A stretch of DNA of 64,000 bases from Raillietiella orientalis (taxonomy: Eukaryota), in assembly GCA_036172245.1 (NCBI GenBank), contig JAYWIR010000008.1, positions 3,348,001 to 3,412,000 of the forward strand, given 5' to 3'. Shown piece by piece: positions 61,107 through 64,000 of the stretch. Within the stretch, counting starts at the first letter, position 1. Each line of letters starts with the position of its first letter. The notes under the pieces are model-generated. The model saw nothing but the letters and a program-made list of their open reading frames with translations. It searched no databases and was not told the origin of the DNA. A program made the translations under genes and the position numbers.

Positions 61107-62296
61107 TTGCTTTCTCCCCGCCCTGCTTTTCGGCTGCCGGTCGACGTCTTCAGTAAGTGCACGTCTCGGTGTCAGAGCTGTTGGGATTGGGGTGCCTCAA
61201 GCTCCTCTGGATCCGAGGACGTCCTCTGGGAAGCGACATTCGGACTCCGTTGGTTTCGTTCCTCCTTGTTGACGGAAGAGTCAGTCCCACCCATCGTTAA
61301 TGACCCTCCCCTCCACCCACCCACCCATTTGCCCACACAAACAGTTCGAAGATCGGCGCGCTATCGAGAAGAAAGCAGGCGCCTGCGGAGAGACGTCGCC
61401 GCCGGTTCCAAGAGGAGGGGGACATCCAGCGGAAGGCTCCGATTCGGCTCTTCGTCCTCCCTCCTGGACCCTGAGCCAGCCCGTTCACAAAAGAGACGCT
61501 CTCTCTTCCAGAACACGCATAAGAGGTCACAAACGCACCGGTTGCTGGAATATCGAATCATTCTGTCACGCCGGTTGCTGGAACCAGTGTTCAGCGGCCA
61601 CAATCGCATCCTGGAAGTGCCTTCCAAGTGGAAAGGGCAAACGCTACGCATCTCCTGGGAACAGTCCAAGTGGCGCAACATCCCCCTCAAGTTAGTCAAG
61701 GTTTCTGTTACACTGCCTTTCACCCCCTACGCTTCTTTCTTAAGGGTTGCTATTTTCAGAGGCTGATCGGTGCCTTAGATCAGTGTTTACTTGATAGCAT
61801 GCATCTCTTAGCAACCGCCGCTATACGTGGTATTCCCCCTGTCGTTCCTTCCGTTCCAGATGTGCAAAGCACGCCCGAATTCCCGAAGGGAAAAAAAACA
61901 TTCCTGAAGGAACGACAATTAGGGTCAGCTGGTTTGTGAAGGGAACGGAAGGGGGCACCTTTTGGGTTTGCGGAGATTCGTGCTTCTACGTCGACGTTTC
62001 CACGAAACGACCGGGTGGCGAACAGGGCGACCTTCCCCGAGACATAGTGGTCCTGATTTGCTGAAACGGCCTCCTCCTCCCGCCTTCCTGTTCGCACCAC
62101 ACTTCGGAGGTCCTGGGATGGATGGAAGAGACCGATATTCCAGAGCCGCCCTTCCTCTCGTTTGCAGCGACTACAGCATTCGAAGGACGCCGGCCCACTG
62201 CTTTCTCATCTTGCAGCTCTTCAGGCTGCCTTTACCCAGTATTGAAGGTTACTTCGATACTGAGTACGTTTTGCATGCGGTAAATCAAGCTGAGTA
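61107..62296 (+). CDS. Possible exons of a hypothetical protein
   Basis: The open frame ...ISWEQSKWRNIPLKLVK ends at a GT donor (61701). It could splice in phase to CAG/LFRLPLPSIEGYFDTEYVLHAVNQAE*. No family recognised. Confidence 0.25.
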
Positions 62297-63681
62297 ACGT
62301 TTAAGCACACTTTCATGCAAAAACGCATCTCCTCGAGAAGGAACAACCGGGAGAATCCAACCCTCCATGCAGGTAGAAGAGTTTTTTTTTTTTTTCCCCA
62401 TGTGGATGCATTTTTCTGCATGTACCTCACTCAGAAGTGAAAGCAATAGACCGTTTCTGCACTCTGCCACAAGCTTATCTTGCACTACCAATGGTGAATT
62501 GTGAGCTCTGCAGATTAAAAACAGATGACACTGGCCAAGCTTGCTTGCCAAGGATTGTAGATTTGAAACAAAATACACTTCTAATGTAAAACTGACTGAG
62601 TAACCAATTGCACTGAATTTAGATTTAATTCACCTTCTTTCGTTTTATTTGCAACAGAGACGTATAAAGCAAATTTGAGTAGCATTTTACTGGGCCTTGT
62701 GCATCTATCCTCGGCCACCGCGAGCTCTTAAAAAGACCACACTAAAACTCGCAAGTACTGAGGAGGCATAACCACATAATGAGATAAATTTGCACTTGTA
62801 TTTGATACAGAAACAGTCCTATGGCCAGGGTTCATTCTTAATGGCTTTAAGAATGCACATAAAAAAGGTATCACTTGAACAGTACAGTGCAAGTGTCACA
62901 ACTTTAACAAAACTCTTTCGTCCCGATACCTGTACTCTCTTCACAAGATATGGAAGCACAAGGCTATTATCGCCCACTTTATTCAAAGACTGCTTATGCA
63001 TAACTTACCTGAAAGCAATATGCTCTACAGTTAGTCACATAGCATGCTGCCCATTACTTTCAGCATGCAGTCCCTTAAAACATGTCTTTCTCACCAAAAC
63101 AAAACTACTTAGAACATCAACATCTTGAATATTCAAGTCTTTTTTTTCTTTCCGAATATTGCAAAAAAAATACAACGAATAAAACTTTTTTGGAACTTCA
63201 ACTTTTTGTGGAAACTATTTATGCCTGCATTTTTCAAACAACTAGCAACATGCCTCCTTCATACCAGCACTTTGAGTGCCACATGAAAGTTGACTTCAAC
63301 ATATTCCAATTAGTGGATGCTAAATAAAATGAAACCGTCAAATAGATTAATACTATATCAAAACATGCAAAGTTCGAGGCATATGTTTACAAATATAAAG
63401 CTACATGCAATGCTTGAACTGAGTACCTGAACTACAAAATCGGACTTGATGGAAAACAAAAAAATGCTTATGCACATTGCAAATTAAAAATGCCTTTGAT
63501 TTCTTCTCAAATCGTCAAAAGTAATTGTAAAGTCTTATATACCAATATCTTTCACTTTCTTAGTTACAAACTATCTGGTGCAAATATATTAATCAGCCGT
63601 CTGTCAACAATGCATTCATTAATGGCGAATCATTAAAACTCTAGCATGAGGTCAGGAAAACTGGAGAATACTAATCATCTT

Positions 63682-63955
63682 TCAGAACTTTTTAGATCGC
63701 TGAGGTAGCAGCACTTCTTGTATTTGACGGAATACAAACAGCAGTCCATATTTGTTGTTTCGTCGAGAGAAATAGTTGCTGACCACATCATCCTCTGGGA
63801 GTTGACCTTATCTTCAATATGTCAAATGGCGATTACTGACCTTTATAAAGAGGTCTTGTCTCAGCCAAGGTGGGAAGCACATGATCATTAGCTGACAATG
63901 ATATCAGGAATATAAAAGGCACTAACCATATGCAAATACTGAAATAAGCAGTAAC
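63682..63955 (-). CDS. TEX261: TEX261/Svp26-family ER cargo adaptor, last two exons (gene continues beyond window)
   Basis: Exons 63841-63955 and 63682-63806 give VTAYFSICIWLVPFIFLISLSANDHVLPT...DDVVSNYFSRRNNKYGLLFVFRQIQEVLLPQRSKKF*, matching the TEX261 C-terminal signature. Confidence 0.88.
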
Positions 63956-64000
63956 CTGCAACAGAAATACAAATTTGGCAATCTCTACAATTCTGTTCCT

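Overview
Eukaryotic nuclear DNA, most likely from an invertebrate (arthropod-like) genome. It has spliceosomal genes with very short introns (about 34-57 nt) and alternating GC-rich and AT-rich blocks. Recognisable host genes: a multi-exon C-type-lectin/LamG-like/EGF/TM receptor (+, ~1.7-10.8 kb), an LRR protein with a BC-box-like N-terminus (-), PYM1/wibg (+), a RING-coiled-coil-cyclophilin fusion (+), QDPR (-), a DOCK180/mbc-type GEF (+, 46.2-56.4 kb) and the 3' end of TEX261 (-). A repeat-rich island at about 24-34.5 kb holds L1/Tx1-like 3' fragments, a degenerate 18S rDNA fragment and copies of a dispersed repeat. It also holds an endogenous CRESS-DNA (circovirus-like) viral element with broken Rep, the Cap C-terminus and the origin stem-loop. 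Part of Rep is duplicated as a 165-bp near-perfect inverted repeat (hairpin-RNA geometry), and the element splits one copy of the dispersed repeat. All calls come from reading the sequence by eye. No database searches were run, and repeat boundaries are approximate.
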